IMG/VR virus record: IMGVR_UViG_3300020403_000017
Location: 1 to 49,591 of that record
Reading direction: 5' to 3' (one strand)
DNA: 49,591 nt
From: a virus
Lineage: Duplodnaviria > Caudoviricetes
Each line of letters begins with the position of its first letter. Within the stretch, counting starts at the first letter, position 1. The translations under genes were made by a program, and so were the position numbers. Below, one piece after another: positions 16,624 to 26,706 of the stretch. The notes below the pieces were generated by a model, which had not been told where the DNA came from, did not search any database, and saw only the letters and a list, made by a program, of their open reading frames with translations.

Positions 16624-19600
16624 TTACTCATCTTTGGTGTAATTATAGCTATCAATCTTAGCCTCTAATTTAATTAGCTCGACAAATGAAAAGTAATCGT
16701 ATGGCCAATTGAATTGTAGACCTCTTGTGCCATCATCTAACAAGCCTGGGGTTCCAGCTGGAATGGTTTCCTTATTCATAGATGGTTTCGCAGCTTTCAA
16801 ATATTCAAACTTCTCTATATTTTCAATTCGTGGATCCACTGATGCTTTTCTCACTTCTTCTAAACTTGACATACCTCTCTGCTTAACCTTGAATATGAGC
16901 CACCTTGTCTTGTTGTTCTTGTCTTCTGGAGAAAACAAGGATCTTGGATTAGACACTGGGCTCAGCGACTTACCTGTCAAATCAACAGTCTCTAGATAGT
17001 GACTAACATAAGACATATCATCGTGGGTTCTAAGTCTGCCCAATATATCCTCATTTGTGTAAGAATATCTAGGATTTGCTGTCGAAGCACTAGATGAAGG
17101 ATACAAGTTTTGCCAAATATTTGCAAGATCTTCTCTGTTAAAAGACGCGTGGAACTGAAAGAAGTACATCATAAATGGCTTTAATTCCTTTTGTGACTGA
17201 AATTCTCTCGTTGTTCTTCTAAAATCTAACTGTGGAGGCAAAATATAATCATCCATCATGAACAATTGGTACTCAATTGCATTGACAGGCGAATCACTCT
17301 TAACTGTTCTTGTGTTTATATCAGTAGTCTTCAAGAATTCTCTATATTGCTCGATCGTTCTTATTTCGTCGCTTAGTGGCTTGTTGGCTATCTCTTCTTT
17401 TATAGCTGTTACATTTGCAAGAGCTTCTTCGTAATACTTGTCATCAAACCTGACAAACTCTACAAGATTGTCAGTATCTTCTCTTACTACATAAGGTATT
17501 GCAACAATAGCTTCTTTGACAAGCTTCTTGTTCTCGATGGCTCCAACACGTGACCTATAACTCTTAGCCCTCTTGAGTGAGGCCGCGTTATCTTCGTTCT
17601 CAATGTTAAAGCCAAGCTTGCCGGCCAAACCAGGGGCGCCAGCGGAACCAGTTATATCTTCGATCTGTAAGAAATAACCCTTTGAAGAGGCGTTAGTGAG
17701 GGTTGTACCTCTTTGGTGCCACATGCCCGTAGAAGCTGTCAAGAAATCACCTATGGTTGCATTAGCTGTGCCGCGGCCTCTTTCATAGTAAGAGTTCCAG
17801 TACTTCTCTTTCCATGGAGATCCAGTTGTGGCAGTTACAGTGCCACTTGTTAGATCTAGTGCTGATGCTGTTACAAAGGTAAAGTCTAGGACTGGGGTTT
17901 CCCACTTTGTCTGTATTGCCCACCTTGAGAGTTTTTCATTCTGATCTACACTAAACTTGCTCTTACTCTTGCCCTTTCCGGTACCTTCCGCTATTGTCTC
18001 GACGTTATCTGTTCTAAGGCTTACACAAAGACCTAGATTAAGTGATGCTGACAAAGACATGGCATTTATATAGTTTGTGTTTGTTGCCGCGTTTGACGGT
18101 ATCTTATTAAAATTATAATACTCAAAACTACTGCTTTCTATAATCTCCTGGGCTCCATAAGCCCTCTCCTCTGTTGGAGTAAATGTTACCTCAACGTAAG
18201 GATCAGCGCCTGGGTCCAGAAATGGCGGAACATAAGGCATAAAACCATGCTCATATACTGACGTAACAGAGGATGTAGTCCAAATTGATGCAGCTGGTGC
18301 AACGCCGCCGATGTGGGCTCCGAAATCACGTACGTGCTGAGCGAGACCAACAGTTCCCGTAATCTCAAACGATGCTGTACCATGACTAGAATCGCCATAC
18401 GTGTGACTTGAGGTTAGACTAGCAACGGTATGCGGGCCAAGATAATCTGATGTTATAGTTACGATATCAGTAGTTGGATCGCCTGCTGCAGTCCAAGCTG
18501 CAGGAAAAGAGGAGCTTGGGTTTAAAGCTGAACCTGAATAATTATATACATTATTAATTGCTAGTATAAAGTCTGAGCCGATTTGAGCTGCAGTTCTACC
18601 GTTAACGTTTATATAAGCATTTGTTGTTGTCTGAGAATTATGGTCCACATGAAGAAATGACGAGTCAGTTGATGCAGTTATATGGTCCCACCCAACTGTA
18701 GGCTGGAATGTGGATGCTGTATCATAAAAGAATATTCTTGCTGCTTTTCCATCTTCATCTATTGCAGTAATTCTAGGTAAATCGTTCACCACCGTTTGTG
18801 TACTTAGGTCGTAATTTCCTGCATAATCTACAAATTTTACCTGCGCTGCTGCAGCGGAGCCAGTGCCTGCTGAAGCATACTGTATAAGCTCCACTCCTCC
18901 GTCACCATCGTCAACTGGTGGCCCGAATGCAGAGTGGCGGTCATACATAGTTGTATCTACGTTTGTTAGCCTTATCCTCATTTTGTATGAGGTTCCATTT
19001 GCAAACTTCTCTTTGATCGGCTTTGACATAACAGTGGTTAAGTGACCATCTTCTACAAAAAAGTTTACGGTTTCTGCTGCAAAGTTTTGCATCGCTAATG
19101 TATAAGGCGCAAGCTGATTTGCTAAAGCTTCTTTCGTATTCGAGAACTTTACTCCCAATCTTTGCTCAGCGTCTGCGGTATTAAAATTACCAAATCGGGC
19201 TGGTCTCTCGACAACACGATGCCAATGATCAGACCCGTATATTAAACTCGCGCTTGGGTGTGGTTCGTTATCATATATGTTCACATTAAAAAGATTAACA
19301 GGAGACATGATATCTTCAAACTGTATTCTTCTCTCAACTGAAGAACCTGAAATTCTAGGAATACCCAACTCACCATCATCTGTAGAGTTGATTGCCGAAC
19401 CAGTGAACAGTGCGGTTGCCGGCATGGCTAAGCCTGAATAATTAGTAACAACGCTGCTGGTTGTCATATTCGTGTAAACACTATCAAAACTACCAGAAAA
19501 GATTGGATAATCTACTGCTATGCCTGCTTTTATCGAATTATACAAGACGCCAGGACCAAAAAGGGGCTTAGAGCATTGATACCTAGAGGCATTTGCTCTA

Positions 19601-22600
19601 AGGTCTGCATAAGTTCGGATATCTGACTCTGATATGCCTGCCGGTGTTGAAGCTAAAATTGCAGCGCCGACTACAGAAGAACTAAGATAGTGCCTGTTAA
19701 AAAGCCTTGTTAGCTCCACAGAGCGCTCAGCAGGATAAAATCCCCTATATGGCAAGAACTTCATTGCTGCTTTACACTTAAAGTTAATTCTAGCGTGCTG
19801 AAGATTGTTTGTAGGCTCCTTCTTGTCTCCCACTATCTCTTCGTCATACAGTTGAAAATACTTTAAGAAGTCACTGTTAGAATATGTTTTATAGAAAGTG
19901 CCAGCAATGCTTACATCTTCGTTTGAGTTCTGGTATATAGCTCCTGTAAGGCTCAAAAAGTCATTTCCAACGTCTGGATATGACCTTTCTCCTGTTAAGA
20001 CTTTTTCTACAAATTCACTCATGCGGAATTCCGGCACAATAGAGTGATCTTGGCCTACAAGTCTAAGCTCTTCAGAGTACTTATCATACGAATTATAGAA
20101 GGGCCCAAGAGTGTCATCTGCCGCTTGCCACTTTGCTTCGCCGGCGAGGTAAACACCGGAGGATGCTGATTGTGGTATTCTTCTGCTATATACTGTTGAA
20201 AAAGGTGGAGTTCCATATAAGCCATTGTAACCTAAAGGAAAAGTACTGAAATCATTTTGTAATATTCCTTCTCCCAAAGTACCTTGCGTCACTATACTAC
20301 TTGTTATGTTTGTATTAAATAAGTGCGTTGTCCCAAGATTAAAATAAGAGTTGTGGATATTCACAGGAACTGCAGTAAAGTCTGCCCTACTATCTAGAGG
20401 CCAAGATGATGCGCTAAAATGCTTGCTTTCATTCGCATCCACCTGAATACTGGACGATGCGATGATGGCTGCATCCAATATATCGTACACCCCGTAGAAG
20501 CTTTCCTTATGGTCAGCGATATCCAAGGTATCACTAGAAGGAAAAGCCGTTGCAATTGGAGTACTCAAAACCGGAGAAGTATAAGAAATGTTTCCGGAAA
20601 GCACCCTGTTGCGATTTGCTCTTGTTGAATTCCACGGGAAATATTCAAAATTTTCTCTTTTTCTTGCACTGTTTGTGAAAGTGTTCTCTTCTCGAGGGTA
20701 GATCTTTTCAATATAGTTCAGTTCCAACAGCTTGTTGCCGGCGTCTTCATTCTCCTGAAGGACTGAATCCACAAGGCCCAAGTAGGTGTGAGTGTCTTTT
20801 TCACTATATTTGGTGTCTTCTACAATTTGCATATTTGCAAAACTAGTCAAGTCGTTCTGGAATGTTTCTGAGAACAATACTGACTTTTCAACTGGTAATC
20901 CTAATTTATCGTAGTACTCTCTATTGAAGAACCAGTTTGATTCTCTGACTTGTTGATCTAACGATCCTGTCTTCTCGTGTGCTTTAAAGTTCTTTGGAAG
21001 CCTTATATCTATATTGCCTTCTGCGTCTGCTACTTGTGCAGGGTTTGCAGCCTGTTCTCCTGTGTGGAAAACTATTCTAGCTGCAGAGTGTCTATCCGTT
21101 GCCGGCACTTCCTTGTAGTTCTTAACTATCCTAGAGTATGAGTACTGTGTCGCGCCTCTCTCGTCTAAAGCTTTTGCTCTGTCGTATGCATTCAATATAC
21201 CCCGCTCTTGGATATCGGCACCAATGTTCATTGATGGTGTTTCTTCTGATTTTATAATCGAGCTTATTCCAATTGTTGGCTTACCTAAGAACACTCGAGA
21301 GAAAGTATTTGACTTTTTGTGGGCTCTTATAACTGGGTGGCTTCCTCCTCTGATCTGTTTCCAAGATGGCCAGCCGTAGGGGCCCTGGCGATTTAAGATG
21401 ATAGAGTTCAGCGCTATATTCACACCCATAAATTGTATTGGATGGTCATGAATATCAGTGCCGTCTGCTTCAGCGCGCTCGCCTTGGTTGCCAAAGGTCT
21501 CACTATTACTATCGCGTTCGGCCAGATTGCCGAATAGTGCACCGTCGACATAAAACTGATTTATATAATTTAGGTTACCTACATTATAGTCATTCGATAC
21601 TTCAATCGAGCCGGTCCTGAGTGTCCAAGCCAAAGCGCTATGACCTAGTGTGTTTGTGTCCTCGTTTACTGGTTCGTAAATGTTGGTATTTAAATTGGCA
21701 AAATCGACAGCATTGAAATCCCACATATCTGAAGCAGCACTGTGGAGGTTTGTTTCTCTTGCATTCTGATCTATGTATGCTCCCAAATTACCCCACATTC
21801 GACCTTCCCAGAGCGAACTGTCTCCTCGGACTGCCCCAACCATGATAAATTCATAACTGCCCAAAGGACTCACGTCGAGAAATTGAATAGCTTTTGCACT
21901 AGCAGTGTTAAACAGGTGCTGGTGTCCGAAGCCGTCATTGTTTCTCATAAAATCAAAAACTGTGTTTGTCGCACTGGCCGTGATCCAAGAATAGCTAAAA
22001 TCATGCCGAGGTATCGGATGCTGGACATAATAGTTATCCGATGATGATGCTTGTGTCCACGAAGCAGTAGAATACATAAAGTTTCTATTTGTCTTGTGTA
22101 TCGAGCCTTGTGTTGTCGTTCCTGACCTATATCCAAACTGTTCTGACCTTTCTGTGCTTAGTATATCCAGCGGTTGTCGTACACTAAGATTACGATAGTT
22201 CATCGTGTTGTATAGCGAGAATTCACCGGAATCACGGTCGCGACCATAAACACCTTGTGTTTCAGGCCCGCCAGGAGAACTAAATTGATTAGTTATGACA
22301 TGCTCTGACCTTCCTCTTACCGGGGCAGCGTAGTCTATAGTTCCTGCGACAAAACCCACGGCCGGAGTTACCAGTATACTTCCACTTTCTGTCAGATACC
22401 TGTTGTTTGAGCTTCTGCCGGCCGTAAGAACGACTTGGTAGTCTTTATCGTAGTTACCAACAAAGTACGGCCCAGTGGTCGTATTCGTCTTTATATTAGA
22501 GAAACTATAAGGTGTCTGTAAACCCATCCCTCTCGCAACGTGAGATTTAGACCCTGTGAACTCCCCTACTGTTAAAGTTGTAGCAGTTGCTGTGATCGTG

Positions 22601-25600
22601 TAAGCTTCTGGTCTTTCTTGTGAATCTGTGCCAAATCTAACTCTTCTGTGTGGCATGCCACCAGCATTCTCATAGGTAAACGGGCCCTGAAGTGTTCCGT
22701 AATAATCATGATGATTGTTAGTTACTCTCATTTGCGGTTTGAATACAGAGAAGTCTGTACCCGTTGAAGAGCTTATCAATGTAAATGGGAGAACAAAGTG
22801 AGCGTGACCGTCAGTATAGTTTGTTGCACCGAATGAATCGAAGCGTGCGGTGTATGGCCTATCTTCATTATCTGCCGGAGTGGCCACGTCATTGCACACC
22901 TGTTCCCGGTTGATTTCGCTTGCAGCCAACTCAAAACGAAAACCGGCATTGACGATTGTCGACAGCGATCCAGGCTCATTATTTGTTCGGCCATTTCCAC
23001 CAAGAGTTAATGTGTTTGAGATTTCAGCTGAAATATTATAAGGTCTTGTAAAATTCCTTTCTGCGTCAGTGTTTCCGTCTCTCTCTGAGTTGGCAATTAT
23101 TCTCAACACTTCTCTTTCCGCTGTGATGGCACTCGGAAGAAGCAAGGCTTCGGCTGTGCTTTCTGCGCGGGATGACCACCACAAGCAATTATCTTCTTGC
23201 GAATCAGAAATTGGATGGTGGCCGCGGGCCCAAGAGTACCCTCTTTCCGGTCGGGCTATAACTCGTGCTTCTAAATTCTTAGGATCCTTGTAGTTAAGTT
23301 GTGGAGCATGGTGCTTGTACTTGTTTCTTTCTAGTGCATGACTTTCTACAACATCCTGCATGCCCAAGTTCATAGCCGAGGTAGCCGGCTGTAGCTGTTG
23401 AAGCATCTTACCTAGCGAAGAATCTATCCACTTATAATACTCTATAAATCTTTCTAAGTCGATTTCATTTTCGACACGCGCAAAGAAGCGTTCCCTGAGC
23501 TTTTCTAGAGATTTATACTCTTGCCTATACTTGTAGACGGGTTCACCAATAATAGTATTAAAAGCTGCTGCGCCTGCTAGGAAGTTCATCATTTCCTTAG
23601 AGATCGCCTGGTACATGCTCTTTTCAAAAGAATGCATATAGGTCACAGGTCTGCTGTCTAACTGGAAGGTGTCTACTTCTCTGTCTTTGATTTCTATCTT
23701 TGATCTTGAGTATAGATTATCTATTGGTATATACTTTACATTCCCTAGGAATTCTTGATGTACATGGTCTACTTGGTCTTGTATACCGTGCGTAGTTGCT
23801 GGATACTTATAACCAACTGCTGGACCGTAGTGTGCAACATGTTGTGCAGACCCAGAAGAAAGATCAAGTATTGAACTCTTGCCGCCGGCGATATCATCTG
23901 AGACGTTATCAAACTGCCAACTTAGTGCCAAAGAATCTCCCGCAAGGTTTGAGTCGCCTTGGTTATCTTTCTTGTTAAACAAGGGGCGTGCACGACCAAT
24001 ATTCTCTAGGCTTTTAGCATGTTCAACAATCTCTTCATCTTCAAGGAAATCATCCCAAACGTTTAGGTATAAGAATTTAGCATCAGTTATATTAACCAAA
24101 GAGCCGACGATGTCTGTCCTGTTGGCGCCGAGAAACACACTCTTGTTACCGGATAGGAACTTTCCATAATCAGCTCTTGCGATTGAGCCACTTACTTGGA
24201 ACTTTGCAATCTGAACATCCAAATCATATTGGTGGCCTATAAAATCAACCTTATAATTTTTTGCCCCATCTGCTCTATCGTCAGTAGTGAACAATGGTGA
24301 TCCAGTCTCCTCAGAGAATCTAACTGCTATATGCCATGGCGTGTTTGCATAAACTTCTGAGAAATAACTTGACGTTAGTGTTGTGAAAATAGATTTGTCA
24401 CTAGACAAGGTAAATTTTGCAGATGATTGTCCTAATGCTGACTTTTCTGCCTTAACCTTGATCCCCGCCCAGTTATCCGCCGGGACGGTCAAATTGGCAT
24501 CAGATACTTGGTTCATGCCGAATATAGAGGTCGTAACTGCAGAATCTGTTGGATCTAAAACGTGCGGAAATAAGACCTTTGCCTCTATTGTAAAACCTGC
24601 AGGGTAAGAGGTCCAAGTTCCGGCATCGACGCCTTCGATATAGTTTCTTTCTTCTGATGTGTCTCTTGCTTGGTGTAAGACGGTCGAGTTATTTGACCCC
24701 GTCAAGCATAAGGATTTTATCTCTGTTACAGTTGTTACTGGTTCATTCTTTATTTCTTTCTCTATATTCTGGGCATATACATTTGGAGCTACAAGATTTT
24801 CATCCACGCCGAAACATCTTATAAGGTTCCTAAAGGAATGCATTGTACCCTTTGTCTTGTAGATGTTGGATAGATTTGCATATACAGAGTTTAAAATCTT
24901 GGCCTTAACAGATTCAGCCTTAGAGTGTATTAGTGGTTGCGATAATGCAGACTTAGGATCAACATGGTCAAATTTCAGATTATAAAAATATTCATTCAGT
25001 ACTGCCTTATCAGTTATCGGACTATCTTCTACTGTGAAGCCGCGGCCTAAGAGATTTTGAACTGCAAAATTCTCTTCTCCGTGTATCGAATTAAATGTAA
25101 AGCTAAAGTCTTTTTGGCATCCAAGTATGTTGTAAAAATTATCTGAATAGTCTACTGAGCCTTGGGCATATATAAAGTCTTTGTATTGTGCAAATCCAAT
25201 CTTTGGTATACCATCTATAAGCATCCGAATAGAATCAAACCTTTCAGCAATTGTCTGAAGGAGTATGGCAAAACTGCTGTTAAGATTTCCGGCGCCCTCC
25301 TCTCCATCATAGGCCCACTGTGGAACAGTCTTGAACAATGATCTGTGGTTGTTACTATCGTATATTCTACCAAGCGTTATAAGATCATTAGATGCTGTTT
25401 TAACTCTCGAATTTGAAGGATTGATTATTGGGTCACCTATTTCTGTCTGTGCTGAAACGGTTGACAAGGTGACAGCAGAGCCAGTAAAACGAGTTGTTGA
25501 GTTGTATCCTATGAATTCACCGTTGTTTAGTCGACCGGAGTAATCAAGAATAACTTTATCTTTTGTAGAATCGTCTAATGTCCCTTCGTTGAACTTGTAG

Positions 25601-26706
25601 TACACCCCTAGAACACTATTGATCTCTTCTGTATCTGTCGCTCCGTTAACGGGAAAATCAAAGTAATTGCCTATCTCTTCGGATGTTCTTCTTTCTTTCC
25701 AAAACCTGAATTCATCAATCGAACCACTTAGGTTGCCATAACCTAAACCGCCTATTCCGTCTTTCTTTGACCGGAGAGAACCAATTGAGGCATTAAAATA
25801 CCCAGTGACTGCGCCGAATGCGCCTGCAGCGATATCAACAGTTGAGTTATGGGCGCCATCGATGTACAGTTCCACTGCTAATTTAGACCCTGTATGGTGT
25901 GCTGCTATGGCATAATGATGCCACTCCCCATCTGCTACAGAGGCGGCTGTAACACCATCCCCTATTTGTTGACGGTCGGCGCCAACAGTGCCTGACATGT
26001 AAGTTACAAAGAATGGTGAGCCGCTAGCATCATCTAGCTCTATTAGGAACCTGCCGTAACTTGCATTTCCTTCATCGAAATCGGCAGTATGTGAATCAAA
26101 TATAACTTCTGTAGTTGTTAGGGCATCATTAACAAATGCATCTTTTTTAAGCCAAAACTCAACTGTGTTGCCTGGATTTCCGTTGACCTTAAGACTACTT
26201 TCCCTGCTTGTTGTCGGACTAAAGACAGACCCGACATATGGGCCACCAGAAAACTTAATATATTCAGGTGTATTAGATAAGCCATAACGGCCGTCTGCAG
26301 CATCTTGTGTGCCCCATCCTGCTGATGAAACACCCACAAAACCTGTAGCTAGTGGGTAGATATGCTGCATCACTGCTAAATCGATTGCTGATGCGCTTAA
26401 AGACCATCTAATTTTCTCTAGGGCTGATCCGTCATATGGATAAGAGCTATACACGTAGGAGAATGCATTTTCATAGTACTTTTCTGCGCTGCCGTATACT
26501 GCCCATGTTGATGGGTCTCTTAGGTCAATGGCCGGCATTACCCTTTCAGCCATTTGACGATAGGCTTCTACATACTCTTCAGATTCTATCACGTCATTAC
26601 GGCGGCGGTTGTCCGCAGAGGAAGCCTTTACATTCAAGTCGCCAATAAAGACTTGGCTTTTATTTTCTTCCGCCATTGGGGTCAAAAAATTGTTTTTCTT
26701 TTTCAT
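16624..26706 (-). CDS. 3360-aa baseplate wedge (gp7/P2 gpI-like) protein with two LamG/concanavalin-A-like domains
   Basis: First LamG: TVEFWLK..WHHYAI..LYIDG..GSIDEFRFW..YYKFNEG. Second LamG: FTIEAKV..WHIAVR..LNVWD. Wedge motif NIYKTKGTMHSFRNLIRCFG. Confidence 0.7.
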   Translation of the reverse strand: MKKKNNFLTPMAEENKSQVFIGDLNVKASSADNRRRNDVIESEEYVEAYRQMAERVMPAIDLRDPSTWAVYGSAEKYYENAFSYVYSSYPYDGSALEKIRWSLSASAIDLAVMQHIYPLATGFVGVSSAGWGTQDAADGRYGLSNTPEYIKFSGGPYVGSVFSPTTSRESSLKVNGNPGNTVEFWLKKDAFVNDALTTTEVIFDSHTADFDEGNASYGRFLIELDDASGSPFFVTYMSGTVGADRQQIGDGVTAASVADGEWHHYAIAAHHTGSKLAVELYIDGAHNSTVDIAAGAFGAVTGYFNASIGSLRSKKDGIGGLGYGNLSGSIDEFRFWKERRTSEEIGNYFDFPVNGATDTEEINSVLGVYYKFNEGTLDDSTKDKVILDYSGRLNNGEFIGYNSTTRFTGSAVTLSTVSAQTEIGDPIINPSNSRVKTASNDLITLGRIYDSNNHRSLFKTVPQWAYDGEEGAGNLNSSFAILLQTIAERFDSIRMLIDGIPKIGFAQYKDFIYAQGSVDYSDNFYNILGCQKDFSFTFNSIHGEENFAVQNLLGRGFTVEDSPITDKAVLNEYFYNLKFDHVDPKSALSQPLIHSKAESVKAKILNSVYANLSNIYKTKGTMHSFRNLIRCFGVDENLVAPNVYAQNIEKEIKNEPVTTVTEIKSLCLTGSNNSTVLHQARDTSEERNYIEGVDAGTWTSYPAGFTIEAKVLFPHVLDPTDSAVTTSIFGMNQVSDANLTVPADNWAGIKVKAEKSALGQSSAKFTLSSDKSIFTTLTSSYFSEVYANTPWHIAVRFSEETGSPLFTTDDRADGAKNYKVDFIGHQYDLDVQIAKFQVSGSIARADYGKFLSGNKSVFLGANRTDIVGSLVNITDAKFLYLNVWDDFLEDEEIVEHAKSLENIGRARPLFNKKDNQGDSNLAGDSLALSWQFDNVSDDIAGGKSSILDLSSGSAQHVAHYGPAVGYKYPATTHGIQDQVDHVHQEFLGNVKYIPIDNLYSRSKIEIKDREVDTFQLDSRPVTYMHSFEKSMYQAISKEMMNFLAGAAAFNTIIGEPVYKYRQEYKSLEKLRERFFARVENEIDLERFIEYYKWIDSSLGKMLQQLQPATSAMNLGMQDVVESHALERNKYKHHAPQLNYKDPKNLEARVIARPERGYSWARGHHPISDSQEDNCLWWSSRAESTAEALLLPSAITAEREVLRIIANSERDGNTDAERNFTRPYNISAEISNTLTLGGNGRTNNEPGSLSTIVNAGFRFELAASEINREQVCNDVATPADNEDRPYTARFDSFGATNYTDGHAHFVLPFTLISSSTGTDFSVFKPQMRVTNNHHDYYGTLQGPFTYENAGGMPHRRVRFGTDSQERPEAYTITATATTLTVGEFTGSKSHVARGMGLQTPYSFSNIKTNTTTGPYFVGNYDKDYQVVLTAGRSSNNRYLTESGSILVTPAVGFVAGTIDYAAPVRGRSEHVITNQFSSPGGPETQGVYGRDRDSGEFSLYNTMNYRNLSVRQPLDILSTERSEQFGYRSGTTTQGSIHKTNRNFMYSTASWTQASSSDNYYVQHPIPRHDFSYSWITASATNTVFDFMRNNDGFGHQHLFNTASAKAIQFLDVSPLGSYEFIMVGAVRGDSSLWEGRMWGNLGAYIDQNARETNLHSAASDMWDFNAVDFANLNTNIYEPVNEDTNTLGHSALAWTLRTGSIEVSNDYNVGNLNYINQFYVDGALFGNLAERDSNSETFGNQGERAEADGTDIHDHPIQFMGVNIALNSIILNRQGPYGWPSWKQIRGGSHPVIRAHKKSNTFSRVFLGKPTIGISSIIKSEETPSMNIGADIQERGILNAYDRAKALDERGATQYSYSRIVKNYKEVPATDRHSAARIVFHTGEQAANPAQVADAEGNIDIRLPKNFKAHEKTGSLDQQVRESNWFFNREYYDKLGLPVEKSVLFSETFQNDLTSFANMQIVEDTKYSEKDTHTYLGLVDSVLQENEDAGNKLLELNYIEKIYPREENTFTNSARKRENFEYFPWNSTRANRNRVLSGNISYTSPVLSTPIATAFPSSDTLDIADHKESFYGVYDILDAAIIASSSIQVDANESKHFSASSWPLDSRADFTAVPVNIHNSYFNLGTTHLFNTNITSSIVTQGTLGEGILQNDFSTFPLGYNGLYGTPPFSTVYSRRIPQSASSGVYLAGEAKWQAADDTLGPFYNSYDKYSEELRLVGQDHSIVPEFRMSEFVEKVLTGERSYPDVGNDFLSLTGAIYQNSNEDVSIAGTFYKTYSNSDFLKYFQLYDEEIVGDKKEPTNNLQHARINFKCKAAMKFLPYRGFYPAERSVELTRLFNRHYLSSSVVGAAILASTPAGISESDIRTYADLRANASRYQCSKPLFGPGVLYNSIKAGIAVDYPIFSGSFDSVYTNMTTSSVVTNYSGLAMPATALFTGSAINSTDDGELGIPRISGSSVERRIQFEDIMSPVNLFNVNIYDNEPHPSASLIYGSDHWHRVVERPARFGNFNTADAEQRLGVKFSNTKEALANQLAPYTLAMQNFAAETVNFFVEDGHLTTVMSKPIKEKFANGTSYKMRIRLTNVDTTMYDRHSAFGPPVDDGDGGVELIQYASAGTGSAAAAQVKFVDYAGNYDLSTQTVVNDLPRITAIDEDGKAARIFFYDTASTFQPTVGWDHITASTDSSFLHVDHNSQTTTNAYINVNGRTAAQIGSDFILAINNVYNYSGSALNPSSSFPAAWTAAGDPTTDIVTITSDYLGPHTVASLTSSHTYGDSSHGTASFEITGTVGLAQHVRDFGAHIGGVAPAASIWTTSSVTSVYEHGFMPYVPPFLDPGADPYVEVTFTPTEERAYGAQEIIESSSFEYYNFNKIPSNAATNTNYINAMSLSASLNLGLCVSLRTDNVETIAEGTGKGKSKSKFSVDQNEKLSRWAIQTKWETPVLDFTFVTASALDLTSGTVTATTGSPWKEKYWNSYYERGRGTANATIGDFLTASTGMWHQRGTTLTNASSKGYFLQIEDITGSAGAPGLAGKLGFNIENEDNAASLKRAKSYRSRVGAIENKKLVKEAIVAIPYVVREDTDNLVEFVRFDDKYYEEALANVTAIKEEIANKPLSDEIRTIEQYREFLKTTDINTRTVKSDSPVNAIEYQLFMMDDYILPPQLDFRRTTREFQSQKELKPFMMYFFQFHASFNREDLANIWQNLYPSSSASTANPRYSYTNEDILGRLRTHDDMSYVSHYLETVDLTGKSLSPVSNPRSLFSPEDKNNKTRWLIFKVKQRGMSSLEEVRKASVDPRIENIEKFEYLKAAKPSMNKETIPAGTPGLLDDGTRGLQFNWPYDYFSFVELIKLEAKIDSYNYTKDE

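Noticed and set aside
16639-16678. Weaker variants of the upstream octamer (TATAATTA, GCTAATTA), also AGTAATTA near 42902-42909
   Set aside because: They are degenerate and lie within AT-rich coding sequence, so they cannot be told from background without statistics.
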